The translations under genes were made by a program, and so were the position numbers. Below the pieces are notes generated by a model, which made no database searches, was not told the DNA's origin, and saw nothing but the letters and a program-made list of their open reading frames with translations. DNA of 64,000 nt from Marsupella aquatica (Eukaryota; Plantae; Marchantiophyta), in NCBI GenBank assembly GCA_973895155.1, contig OZ316898.1, positions 19,231,292-19,295,291 on the forward strand. Reading direction: 5' to 3'. This document shows positions 39,027 to 51,938 of the stretch, one piece after another; within the stretch, counting starts at the first letter, position 1, and each line of letters opens with the position of its first letter.

Positions 39027-39074
39027 CTAACTGTGGTTAGCTCATGAGTCACAAGACTAGAGCAATATCTAACA
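39027..39074 (-). mobile_element. 48-bp terminal remnant of a family A LTR followed by GCCGC
   Basis: Identical to the end of the LTR at 19538-19881. Its flank GCCGC (39075-39079) matches 19533-19537. Confidence 0.8.
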
Positions 39075-39786
39075 GCCGCAGGAATGTAGGGAGCGATACA
39101 TGCATTGGGTTTTACATTCGAAACGTAAAAAAGTCCAAACTACGAGTAATTAGGTCCGAACCATGTAATCGAGGGTCGGCCGCGTACTAACCCAGGTTAG
39201 TGCAAACTTAACCATGGTTAGAGCATCCCCTATATAAAGAGGAGCGGGCTGCCCATAAAAGGTTTATTTTTTCCAGAGCGAACAACACCTCTCTCAGAGC
39301 AAATACTGAACTCCTATCGAGACTTACATTCCTCCCAAGAGATTTGATTCTTACTCAAGAAAACCTAATAAATTTTGACTAACTTCCATTTTCCAGTTCA
39401 AGTATCATCTATGTAAGGTTTACTTGTCATTCATTGTCAATGTCTTGATCAAAGCGGACTGTGATAAATTTATTGCATTTTGCATTCCTCTACTGCATTC
39501 CTATTTTGCATTGAATATGTTTATCGCAGTCCGCTAGGATAAGGATCTAAGAGTCCGATTTAGATTGGATCAGGACATTGGCAATGAATGACAAGTAAAC
39601 CCTAAATCCATCGCAAGAATGAAGACTCCGATAAACTTATCTGAGTCTCAAATAACCCTAAATCCATCACAGGAATGAAGACTGTCTTCGATAAATTTAT
39701 CGGACTCTAAGATAAATTTATCAAACTCTAAACCCTAAATCTAGTCTAAATTGGACTCTAAATCTTGCAACGGATTTAGGGTTATT
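39075..39786 (+). mobile_element. Probable LTR fragment of another retroelement, with TATA box and long hairpins
   Basis: cctatataaag near 39228, followed by a CT-rich tract and inverted repeats. No ORF and termini not defined. Confidence 0.45.
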
Positions 39787-41956
39787 TGATATTGATATTG
39801 CACCTGATGAAGATGACATGGCTTTGATCTTGGAAGAAGGAGAGCCTTCTTCGTATAGTGAGGCTTGTGCTTCAGAGCAGAAGCATGAGTGGAATGCAGC
39901 AATGCAGAGGGAGTTGCAATCTTTGAGTGACAACAAGACATGGGAGCTGGTGGAGCTTCCAAAAGGTCAGCAAGTGGTGGACAGCAAGTGGATTTACAAG
40001 TTGAAGGATAGTCCTTCAGAGGGTGGAGACAAGATCTACAAGGCAAGGCTTGTTGCCAAGGGATTCACTCAGGAGAAAGGAGTGGATTACAATGAGGTCT
40101 TTTCACCGGTTGCTAAGTATTTCACAATTCGGATCTTGTGTCAGCTTGTTGTGTTTTTTGGTCTGGTGATGGATCAGATGGATGTTGTTACTGCTTTTCT
40201 CTATGGCAACTTGGAAGAGATGATCTTCATGAGACAACCACTAGGCTTTATGAAGAAGGGCCAAGAGAACTTAGTTTGCAGATTGCTCAAGTTCTTGTAT
40301 GGATTGAAGCAGTCTCCCAGACAGTGGAACAAGCGGTTTGATGATTTCATGTTTGCTCAAGGTTTTACAAGGATGGTGTATGATCCTTGTGTGTATACGA
40401 AATCAGTCAAGAATGATGTATTTGGTTTCATCATTCTGGTGATCTATGTGGATGACATGCTGATTGTGGCTAAAGATCAATTTGAGGTTGACAGTCTCAA
40501 GGCGAAATTGAGTGTTGAATTCAGGATGAAGGATCTTGGTAAGGCCAAGAGGATCTTAGGGATGGAGATTTTTAGGAACTTTGATACTGGACAGTTGTGC
40601 TTGAGTCAAGGCCAATATGCAAGGAAAGTACTTGCACGATTCAACATGGAAAACTGTAAGCCAGTGAGTATTCCTTTAGCTTCATATTTCAAGTTATCAT
40701 CGGCTTTCTCTCCTACGGATGCTGTGGAGAAAGGTATGATGGCTAAGATTCCTTATGAGAAGGCAGTAGGCAGTCTGATGTATTTGATGACTTGTACTAG
40801 GCCTGACTTGGCCCTAGCGATGGGTAAGGTTAGCAGATTCATGTCAAATCCAGGGAAGATACATTGGGAAGCTGTGAAGTGGATTCTCAGGTATTTGAAG
40901 GGAACACAGGACTATGGATTACTATTTGATAACAGATCAGATAGAACATTAGTTGGCTATATAAATTCTGACTATGGAGGCTGTCTGGATACAAGGAGAT
41001 CTACAACTGGGTTTGTATACACTCTTGGAGGAGGATGTATTAGTTGGAAATCTACCTTGCAGAAGTGCATATCTCAGTCTACTACAGAAGCAGAGTATGT
41101 TGCAGCAGCAGAAGCAGCAAAGGAAGCAATTTGGTTGGATAAGTTGATCGCGGAGATGGGTTTAGAGCATGGAAAAATGACTCTAAACTGTGATAGTCAG
41201 AGTGCTCTTCACTTGGCTGCTAACCAGGTGATGGATAGCAGGGTGAAGCACATTGATATCAGGTACCATTTTATCAGGCAAGCAGTGTCTGATAAAACTT
41301 TTGAGCTAGTCAAGATTGATGGAAAGCTCAATCCCGCTGATGCCTTTACCAAAGTGATTCCTTTGGAGAGTTTCTTAAGACACCGTGCTACTTTGCAGGT
41401 TTTGCAGTTGTAGTGCAAGAAGAGTTATTTAGCAATGTGTGACTATTTGTATATGGATTACTCATTCCTGTTAGGCTACGGCTTAGTTCTAGTTAACCCT
41501 TAGTTAACCCTTGTGGTTTTTAGGGGGAGACCTAGTTTGATGATTGTCTAGAACTTCTCGCTGAGGATTCCATATGGTAGCATTTAGTCAGTCCCCAAGA
41601 CAAAAGTCAAGGGGGAGTTTGTTAGATATTGCTCTAGTCTTGTGACTCATGAGCTAACCACAGTTAGTCTAACTCGGGTTAGGACTTAGCTAATGTTAGC
41701 TGTTGTGCTGTTGTCTATATAGCCAGGGCTGATGCCAGACCCTGGTGGAACAAAGGCTCATTGTTACGGAGCTAGTTGAGAGATAGGGAGAGCTTGTGCT
41801 GTGGATGCTTGGTATGGCCGGTCGGCCTAGAGTGCAGTAAAGCTCTTGTGTGTTCCCGTGGACGTAGCCTCATGTGGAGGTGAACCACGTATCTCTTTGT
41901 GTCGACTATTGTGTGTTGGATGATTCATGGGCTTACCGTTGCGAATGTCGTCTATG
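39787..41956 (+). mobile_element. Copia family A copy 3, 3' half (RT-RNaseH, PPT, 3' LTR 41620-41956), inverted
   Basis: Reverse complement of 5366-7191 plus 9629-9955, without the solo LTR. The LTR lacks its last 7 nt or so. Confidence 0.93.
39818..41413 (+). CDS. copia reverse transcriptase-RNase H fragment (open, 531 aa)
   Basis: YKARLVAKGF, QMDVVTAF, LYGLKQSPRQW, YVDDML, STTEAEY and HIDIRYHF motifs. Confidence 0.85.
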   Translation: MALILEEGEPSSYSEACASEQKHEWNAAMQRELQSLSDNKTWELVELPKGQQVVDSKWIYKLKDSPSEGGDKIYKARLVAKGFTQEKGVDYNEVFSPVAKYFTIRILCQLVVFFGLVMDQMDVVTAFLYGNLEEMIFMRQPLGFMKKGQENLVCRLLKFLYGLKQSPRQWNKRFDDFMFAQGFTRMVYDPCVYTKSVKNDVFGFIILVIYVDDMLIVAKDQFEVDSLKAKLSVEFRMKDLGKAKRILGMEIFRNFDTGQLCLSQGQYARKVLARFNMENCKPVSIPLASYFKLSSAFSPTDAVEKGMMAKIPYEKAVGSLMYLMTCTRPDLALAMGKVSRFMSNPGKIHWEAVKWILRYLKGTQDYGLLFDNRSDRTLVGYINSDYGGCLDTRRSTTGFVYTLGGGCISWKSTLQKCISQSTTEAEYVAAAEAAKEAIWLDKLIAEMGLEHGKMTLNCDSQSALHLAANQVMDSRVKHIDIRYHFIRQAVSDKTFELVKIDGKLNPADAFTKVIPLESFLRHRATLQVLQL

Positions 41957-44147
41957 AAGTTCTTCTAGTAGATGACTCAGGCTGATCTGTTGCTGCTGCT
42001 GGTTGAATTTGAGGTACCCCAGCAACAATCTGCTCCTCTTGTTCCATCATGTTGCAGGAACCAGCTCCAAGCCCGGAGCTCCTCCATCTCTCCTATCATG
42101 AACAACATCATGACTAATCTCCCCCTCAACCGGGTCTAGGATGGGAGATTTCCCCTTGTCAGTATGGGAGTCCTGAGAACTCTCCCCCTCCTTGATGATT
42201 TGGATTCATGAAAGGACACATCTCTACTGACAATTAGTTTACAGGTTACTGGATCCCATAACCTATAACCCTTAACACCTTTCTGATAGCCAAGGAAAAT
42301 GCACTTCTTCGACTTGGACTCCAGCTTGGATCGAAGCTGGGAAGGTGTAAGCACATAAGCATCGCATCCAAAAATCCTCAGATGTGAGTAATCTGCTGGA
42401 CGCCCGTACCTCATTTCAAATGGCGTCTTGAATCCAATAGAACTGGATGGAGAAAAATTTACCAAATAAGCTGTATTGTTGACAACTTCAGCCCAAAACT
42501 CATGTGGTAAGCATGATTGACTCAACATACTCCTCGAGCGGTCCAATAGTGTTCGGTTGAGTCTCTCAGAAATACCATTCTGCTAAGGAGTGTAACTTGT
42601 TGTGAGATGGCGGGTAATCTCCTGCTCCTTACAATATGTTCCAAATTCTGCGGAACTGTATTCACCGCCGTTATCCGATCAAAGATATCTCACCTTATTA
42701 TCAGTCTGATTCTCAACTTGGGCTTTCCACTCCTTAAAAGTGGCAAAAACATCAAACTTATTATGTAGAAAGTATATCCACACATACCTTGAGTAATCGT
42801 CTATGAACGTGACATAGTATAACCGTCCAGAATGTGAGGGAGTAGGGGCTGGACCCCACACATCACTATGTACATACTCAAGTACCTCCTTGCTGGTGTG
42901 AGTTCCAACTCCGAAGGGTTTCCTGTGCTGCTTCCCTAGCACACAGTGCTCACAAAATTCCAACTTACAAGATTGCAAATTAGAAAGTAATCCTTTCTTC
43001 TGAAGAATAACCAAACCTTTTTCACTCATGTGGCCCAAACGGAAGTGCCACAGCCGGGCTGTCTCCTCATGAGATAAGGTTACATTGGCTTCATCACAAA
43101 CTACACTGCCCTCCAAAACGTATAGATTGCAATGTCTCTTTCCCTTCAATACAACTTTAGTACCAGTTGAAACCTGAAGGACACCATTAGCAGAGCTCCA
43201 CTGATGGTCATTTGCTTCTAAAACTCCAAGTAAAATGAGATTTTTCATCATGCTGGGAATATGTCTCACATTCCTCAACGTTCTCACAACACCATCAAAC
43301 ATCTGAAATCTTACAGATCCAAGTCCAACAACTTGACATGGGATTTCATTTCCCATCAACACTGACCCGTTGGAAACCGTGTAAGAACTGAAACAATCTC
43401 TTCTAGAGCAAATGTGAAAAGTACATGCACTATCTAGAATCCAGTCATCTTTACCTGGATTTGACATTACGTTGAGAGCATAAACTTGACATCACAATAT
43501 GTCATCATCATCGAGTAAATCTACCTCATACGAGCTCGATGCCGCGTTAGCAGAGGCAGTAGGGACCTTTACTCGACAATCCCTTTCCATGTGGCCAGGC
43601 TTGCCACAATTCTAACATGCAAGAGGCTTCCTCTCTTGCGATTTTCCTCTGGATTTAGATCTCCCCCGTGATGTAGATCTAAACCTGTTCTGCCCATTCG
43701 TGCGCTGCGCTGCTCTTCCCCTGTTTACATTCAGCGCAGTGCCAGAAGAAGATGTTGTCTATGATTGACCCAGCTTCTTCTGAGCATCATCAGACAGTAA
43801 TGAGCTCACCACCTCATTATACGAAATGGACTTCAAATCTCTGTACAAGAGAACCCGTTTCAAGCCCTGATAAAACGGCGGTAAGGAGCTTAGCAGAAGC
43901 AAAGCCTTATCCTCATCTTCAACTCCTTTTCCCAGGTTTGACAGATCCACCGCAAGACTGTCAAATTCATCTAGGTGATCCTGCATCTTGCTCCCTTCCT
44001 TGAGCCTAAGGCTCATCAAGAGAGACTTCTTGTACAGCCGGTCAGACGCATCTTCCCGGTAGTACTTCTCTCTAAGAGCCTTGAACAGTGACGCGCAATC
44101 CGCATAATCATCCAGCTGCTTGATGATGTGCGGCTTGAGATATAGCA
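41957..44147 (-). mobile_element. Copia family A copy 3, 5' half (part of gag, PR, INT), 5'-truncated
   Basis: Collinear and near-identical with about 10017-12201. Confidence 0.93.
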
Positions 44148-47100
44148 ATTTAGTAGTCGATTGTTTTGAGTAGGCGGTTTGCTCTAGAAGAGCTTGCAAA
44201 GAAACATTTTGAATATGAATGACACTGAATTCTTCAGCTAACTTTGGGTTGTGTGGTCCAGAGTGTAGTTTTGTGCGTAGCTACAGACAATTGGCTGACA
44301 AGTGCATTGGCTTCATAGCCCGTAATACAAGGTACTATAAGTTAGAATAAACTTGTAATATATAGTGGCATGAGATTCTCTTGTCAAAACTTTGTTCCTG
44401 ATTTCCGTTCACTGATCAGGCCATGCTTGAGCGACTCATATTCGTACCCTTTGTGGATCTTCTGGAATGGGGGAATGGTGCCATGTTGGATCAGCTAAGG
44501 AGGCTGGATGCCCTGGGCCCCCACTCCTTTCTAATATGGGGAGGACGTGAGAACCGTTCAAGGGTCATTTTTATCCCTTCGACGGTAATTTTTATAATTT
44601 GCTTACAATTCCGCAACCTCCGCATATATACCGAAACCACTTTGTAATTTTGCAAGATCCCTTGAAATGACATCCTTCTTACTTTTGCGGAAGGGTAAAT
44701 CAATAGGTAGCAACATGCGGCATCATATTGTTGGTACACGTGTCAAATTATAATTGGTATACGTGTATTATCCCCTGGGGAATCACTTAGAGTAAAACCC
44801 CTAAAACACATGAGAACAAACCAATGAAATTTGAAGAAAAAAAATTAAAAAATAAATTCAATTAAAAATACCCTTGCACCCTTGATTATATGGCTTTGAC
44901 AAATTTTTAAATACCTTGCTGAATATAAAAACTAATATTTTTACCAAAATTGGATTTTTAAACGCCTTTAGTACAAATTTTTGATTATAATTATTACACC
45001 AACAAGATTAAAAAGAACCTTCATTTGTTCGCACCCCGTTCTAATAATCCAACGAGTGATTCCCCAGGGGTATTATCCTTACAGTATCCATGTCTCCTTC
45101 ATAGATTAAAATGTTAATACTGGCAGCTATGCTAAGCCAGAAAAGTTTTGAAGGGAGGATTAGGGGCGATGGGGGATGGACCGGGTGTGTGGAGTGAAAT
45201 TGTAATATATGAAGGATAATTATTATTGCCCAAAACTCCCTTTTGTAATACACTGATGATACTTTAATAAGAGGAAATTTTTGGTTTTGATAAAAAAACA
45301 AGGATAATCTCTATAGGAGAAAAATTAATAAGAAGGGGTACCTGTGTAGGGGAGGCTCACAGGTATGATTATATAATATACAAAGAGTGAGGGTCCAGGG
45401 GCTGGATGAATCTTTAATTTTGAAGATTTGAAGGCTGGGCACAAAATTGTACTATAAGGGCCCATTTCACTTTTACGTAGACTAGGTAGATGGGGAAATT
45501 TATATCGGGTGGGATAGATATGCTTCCTGGTCTAGAAGAATTATCCTGCTCTTTATTAAAACCGGTGTAGTAAAACGTTTTATAGTGCACTGCTATCATG
45601 TTGTGAAGGGCAATCCTGCATATGAACTAGAATTCTATGCTTAGAATAGACGTAGAGCATTCGATGAAATTCAGGATGTGATTGACCAGCTCGACAATCC
45701 TCTTGCCACTGAGTTTTTGATTGACGCTGGTGGGAAACTATATTTGTACAGGACTCGTCAACTCCCCCGGCCTCTATGTGACTTTTTTAAGTTACTTTAT
45801 GTATGTTGCCTATGGACCAACGTCCTTGGCAATGGTGAGATGTGTCAGTGCTGCACAAATGCTTGTTGTGACATTTCATCACGCCAGTATTGCGGTAGTA
45901 GCAGTGCATCCTGAGACTGGTTATGTTGATTTCCATTGGCTATGGGCTTATGATCATTGCATAACTCATATTCCCCGATGGCCCAAGAAGCTGATCTTGC
46001 ACTACGCTGAGGCACGGTTCTACATTGGAAACAATGATTAGGGTTAAAGGTCTCATTTTCAGATGTTGACATGTACAATAATGTAAACTAGGCCGTCAAT
46101 TTAAATGGTGCTAATTTTTGTTTCAAACTTTGTTTGCGATAATTTTATCAGAGTTGGTATCGCTCATGGAATGACCTAATGTTTGTATGTGAATGAGCCC
46201 TTTCAATCTGAGTTGCAACGATAAATTTATGGATGTTTGCATTGCGAGTGACCTATCCTTGTGTTGTGTTGTCCAAGGTTGAATATGCATTTCTATTGTT
46301 GTTTTTTTTTCCGTGATCTGTCAGAGCGATAAATTTATTGCTCCTTGCATTGAGATTTGCAGACTTTGTCATCATGGGTCCTAGTGGAAAGAGCCGAGGC
46401 TGAAAGTCTCATGACAAGCCTCACGAACGCGATTTGGACAAGTGAAGACATTTGTAAAGAGGTCAAGAAACCATGGTACTTTTGGGACACCAGGTTATAT
46501 ATAGTCCAAGGATATGGCAAACTGTGAGTCTCCTATCCTTTAATTGGGTCCAAATGCAAAAGGCCCCAAAGGTTACTCTCTTGTTTGGCCCGGTTGTTGG
46601 TGTGGCGATCTGTGAGTACTTGATTAGCCAGGGAGAGGCGAAAGTGTTGAAAGAGGGCCTGAGTTTCTTGACAATGTGCGGACGCAAGGGATTCATCTGT
46701 GTCATTGTTACCATGAAGAACTTTCTTGAGAAATCCCTTGAGATTTACCCAGAAGACCTGCTTGTCGCGGAAGTTCAGACAACAAAAATAATGAATCTTA
46801 TGGGCCCAGCTTGGGTGTGCCAGTTTTTCCAAGATTGACTGTGATCTCATCATGCTGCCAAGGGTGAACGCAGAGTACAAGAGGCTCACGGGTGAAGAAT
46901 TCAGATCCATCCAAAAAATAGTTTTTAAGAAGCCTGGTTCAAATGGGAGTGGTGCTTCATCGGCAAAAAACGCTGGAGGTACTACTCTGGACGAGCCACA
47001 AGTGGTCCGGGGAAGGTAAGTGGGAGGGGGAAAGGGAGAGGAAGAGGGAACACCAGGGGATGCCACTGGTCCTTCCAAGGGCGGTAGAAGGAGCCAGGAG

Positions 47101-47666
47101 ACTGGTGTTAGCGGAGGGGGAGGGGGAGGAAGGGGCAGCGGCAATCATCAAGGTCGTGCAACCGGTGCAGGTTTAGGTGTTTCAGAAGTGCCTTCCATAA
47201 ATGTAAGCAAGAGTAGAGGATCCAAAGGATTGGGGCCATCTGGTTTTGGAGTCAACGTTAAGAGGAAGAGAATGGGCTGGAGTTTACAGCCCCAGAAGGA
47301 CTGGAAGCCCCAATCAATATGGAAGCTCCAGTTATTGCTGAGCATTTGCCTCATTCGGATATACAAGCCAATGTTCCTTTGATTTGATCGGTAAGTATTA
47401 CGGTCAACCTTTCATTTTTAATCAACGAATGAGGATTCCTATACAAATCTTGCAGGTTTGTTCGTAATCTAATTTTGAACAATGTTGTCTAGATTGATGA
47501 AGAGGAGGAGACTGCTCTTTTGATGTATGAGACTGACGCCATCAAAGCGGAGCTCAGTCTGTTCATGCAACGAAGGGATCAAAGCACAATTGTCCTCTTG
47601 CATGTCAACAATCTAATTTTTTATGAAAATGGAGAGAAGTCTTCGATCAAACCAATGGACAAATTG

Positions 47667-50600
47667 GAGGCTTTCCACCATACCAGGAAACAAGAAAATT
47701 ATTTCCTGTTATGAGCAAAACTTTACTATTACAAGCAAAAATGAAATACATTTGCGCACCGTTGCTTTCACCAAAAAAACAAAACAAAAAAAACCAAAAA
47801 TGTCTCATTAAGACTCAAGTTTTTCAAAATATTTTTAAAATGATCAATTTTGGCTAGCGCCAGGCGCTACTATTACTAGCTTTGGGCGCTAGTAAAAAAA
47901 TGTCAACAATACAAAAAAAATCCAAAAAATAAATTCCAAAATAAATTCTCAAAAAATGGCCATCCATTTGCTGTTTGTGTTATGAGGTAACTAGTCCTAG
48001 ACCAGACTAGGAGGTTACCTTTACCATGGTTAGCTATATATACACCCGGTTGATCCCCAACCGAGTGATTCATTTATTTATTCATACATTCATTAATACA
48101 TTCATTCAATCTCTCTCCCTCTCCAACTATGTATGAATCCTATATCACAACACGTTAGATCTCAGCACGTAGATTCTACCGTTATGAGAGAGACAATTCT
48201 CCCCTTTACCTACATGAAATTGAATGCAGAATTTTTCACACCATGGCTTGATTGAATGTCTCACCCCTTTAAGAAATCATATGATTTGCTTACCATGCAA
48301 TTCTACAAAGGAATTGAACCTCATTGGTGAAGATGTTCTATGGACGGATGAACTCCAAGATAAAATCCGATGAGAGGAGAAAGGAGACACAGCCAGAGAG
48401 CAATCCAATTTCATGGCAGACTGAATAAGAAGAGAAAAGCCACACTGAGAACGAGATCAAACAAAAGTAGAGCTCCATAGCCAAATCGATTATCAGCAAA
48501 GGATCAAAGAGTGGCCATAACTTTGTAGGACGCATAGCCACTATCGCCAAAGACCAAAGGGAACAAAGTTCTGAAGAAGGCCAAAGACCAAAGTTGCAGC
48601 CCACCATAGCCGAATCTGAGAAAAATTGCAGCGAGATCCAATTCGACTGAACCGTTCCACCGGAGAGGCACCAAAGGAGCATAAGTTACCACGATGATAC
48701 TCTCATTGGAGTAGAACTGAAACGCAAGGAGCAATTGTCAACGGAAGCCTAAAGTCGACAAATATCAACCCCCTGGTTCCCTCGAAGAAGACACAAAGGA
48801 AAGTGAAAACTCCTTAACTGCAAACTCATACAAAGAAAAATAAATTTACAAAAACACTGTGCACTTAAACAAAAACAAAGGATTTCATTCCTGCAAAGGG
48901 AATTTACACTTAAACATCTGAAAGTGCCACCACAATATGAATGCAAAACAAGACAAGGAAATCTTTCCTTTATAATCTAAGCTCAAAACTATCCAAAGAT
49001 AAGGCTCAGATCAAAATCAAATTACTTATTCAAACTAAGTGACAAAAGGCATAAAGCACCTCTAAATGCAATGAACATACTGCTAGTAGGTCCAATTCAC
49101 CCTTGAACTCCATTCATAAGAGCAAGACAAAAGTGCACATTCATATTCTAAACTTCCAACAAGTGCACTCATTTCCACTCAACCATAAACCAAACTTAAT
49201 AGTGAATACAATATATGCCAAGTGCAGAAATGACCACAAAGAATCTTGCCTAAGAATCTCCCAAATACACCACATGCACTTCATTTTGAGAACATAAACA
49301 AAATTAAAAGAATCCCTTGATTCCTGAAGCCTCAAGCATGCCTCAAACGTGCTATTCTTCTTGTTAACTCTAATGAAGAATGAACAAGGCATAAATCTAG
49401 GACGACTAAACATTCATAGCCCGTCCTGCGGCTAGTCAAGAAACCCCAATTTCCAGCATCCAAGCTAATAATGCCTTCTTCAACTCCCGCTTCAACTGAA
49501 GAGACCCATGCCCAGATTTCCATCAGAATGTTTATCTATACAACTGTTACTAGGCCATTCCTATAGAGAACCAAAACCCTAAACCCTAAAGCGACCTTAT
49601 ATAGGTCATACATACACATTAGCAACTTTGCATCTATCACACGTCCAAAATGACTTACAAGAAAATTATCATTACATCTTTGCACATAGACTTGGGTTAG
49701 ACGTTTACCCTTCTTAAACATGTTTACACCCATTACTACCATTAGGGGGAGAATGTACCTACTTCATACATGCCAATATCCCATTGAATCCCTACACCTT
49801 CTGGTGTACTACCTCACGGACACTATCCATTGTGGATTACAAGGTCCTGGCAACATACATGGACTTTACACACAGTGATTAAGACCCAAAACCAGAATCT
49901 TATACTTTGATTAAAGTTCTATACACTTTTAGCATGCATGCCTTTACAACTTGTACAGAAGTAAGACCACAAACTCCATCCCTTCGGACCTAGGATCATG
50001 TTCACCAGACAAAATGAAAACACTTACTCTAAGACACTGGACTAGGATAAGGGAATTAGAAAACTAACAATGTTAAAGGTATGGTACAGATGTTTGGATT
50101 ATGGGCAAAGCCCCTAACCTCATCTAGTCAAGACCCAATGCGGGGTTAATATGGGCAAAGCCCGTAATCTACCTTGATACACTCTTCATTTTGGGGAACG
50201 GAATAACATTGCGGACCAATGACACATTCACCTTTGTGTATTACTATTAAACAAATCTCTTAGATTGAAACTAAAATTAAGACAATTTTCATCCCCACAT
50301 CCAACATAGAATTAACAGGAAAACAAAATGAATTAGATGCAGACCAAGGGAAAGAAACTCAATTATCTCAAAACTTATCTATTGAAGAACTTGAGCCCAC
50401 CTACACCACAATTGTACGTACAACTAGTACTTGGAAACTACACAGAGACTATCCTCATATATCTCTATACGAGGAGCCAAATAGTTTAGGGGGAACATCT
50501 TATCTCCACAAGTTAGTCTAACTTCAAATCTCCATACATGGCTATCCCATGTCTCAATAATATTTTGAATCTACTTACATGGCCTGCTACCCCATGTCTT

Positions 50601-51938
50601 GACACACTTGTCAAACTACCCCGTGATATTTGTAGACGTGCAGGCAGACGTGCCACTCACGGGAGACCTAACTTAACCGACACCCTCTGGTGTGATTCTG
50701 GTTCATACACCCTCTGGTGTAGCTTGAGACCTAACACCCTCTAGTGTCAACAACCCTGTGTCCACTAGCACCTCTGTGCCTCCTGACACCTTCGTGTCCA
50801 TCAGCACCACTATGCTTATTGCCATAGACTCTCCCATGATAACATTGCCCCATCCTACCCACATATGGGTCTTTTATCTTGATTGTGGGCATTTCTAAAT
50901 ATGGTACTTACACCATACCAAACTAGGACTTAAATTCTATCATTTTTATAATAATACATGATTAGCATCCATTGATGCAACATGTCTACTCCACACTTTG
51001 GAAAACTCCCATTTAGCAATTGGGCTAATTAGCACCTTCGGTATCAATCCAGTGATCTGAAACATATAGGATAATGCCACTGCATCCCCACACAACCCAC
51101 ATTAATTATCTTAATACCCCCCAGTATTAGATAGCATAAGCCATACTAAAACATGACATGGTTCCTCCAGCTACTAACCAAACTACTAATTATTTGGAAC
51201 TTAGATTGTTTATTTGATGCAAGGCCATACAGGTGACCCAAATTTTGAATGCGGAGAACTAGTCAGACAAAGTTTTTCATGAAGGCATTGACCCCTCCTG
51301 TCCACAGACACCACTGCCATGCAATTGAACTCCGAAGCTTACACCGCCTGATTACTACTGATTGACACATGATTGACACACACCACCACCGTGGTTCAAC
51401 TCTCACATCTCACCAATAGGACAAACCGGCTGTACTCTTTTTCCTTTAGGGTCATATATTTTATTTTTTCTCTACTACCCTGGTAGAGTTGTTTTTACCT
51501 CAATCTAGCACCGCTAAATGTTTTAACGAGGCAGTCCACCTTTGGTCAATCGAACATACATGTCTATAAGCATGCAAACACTTTTTACTATCATTGAAAC
51601 TCATCTCGTGCAAGTCTATAAGCATGGTGATAGAATTTTCTTACCTAGTTCTAGGACTAGTCTAGATTGTCTCCATAACTCCCATTATGTAGCCAAGGGG
51701 ATTGTTATGAGGTAACTAGTCCTAGACCAGACTAGGAGGTTACCTTTACCATGGTTAGCTAAAGACACTATATATACACCCGGTTGATCCCCAACCGAGT
51801 GATTCATTCATTCATTCATACATTCATTAATACATTCATTCAATCTCTCTCCCTCTCCAACTATGTATGAATCCTATATCACAACAGTTTGTTGTTTGTT
51901 GTTTCCTTTTTCCTATTTCCTTGCATGGTGTTTATACC
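47667..51938. mobile_element. MULE-like MITE (about 360 bp) split by an LTR element
   Basis: 10-bp TSD GGACAAATTG (47657-47666, 51939-51948). Imperfect TIRs: caccataccaggaaacaagaaaa versus the reverse complement caccatgcaaggaaataggaaaa. Removal restores the host reading frame. Confidence 0.8.
47978..51886 (+). mobile_element. Non-autonomous, internally deleted Bianca-like copia (3.9 kb)
   Basis: LTRs at 47978-48152 and 51703-51886 (TGTTATG...CAACA) with TSD GTTTG. A Bianca-like PBS region (cgttagatctcagcacg) follows the 5' LTR and a PPT lies before 51703. A decayed RNaseH tail (FMKALTPPVHRHHCHAI, near 51290) resembles the end of the 23780-25735 ORF. Confidence 0.9.
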
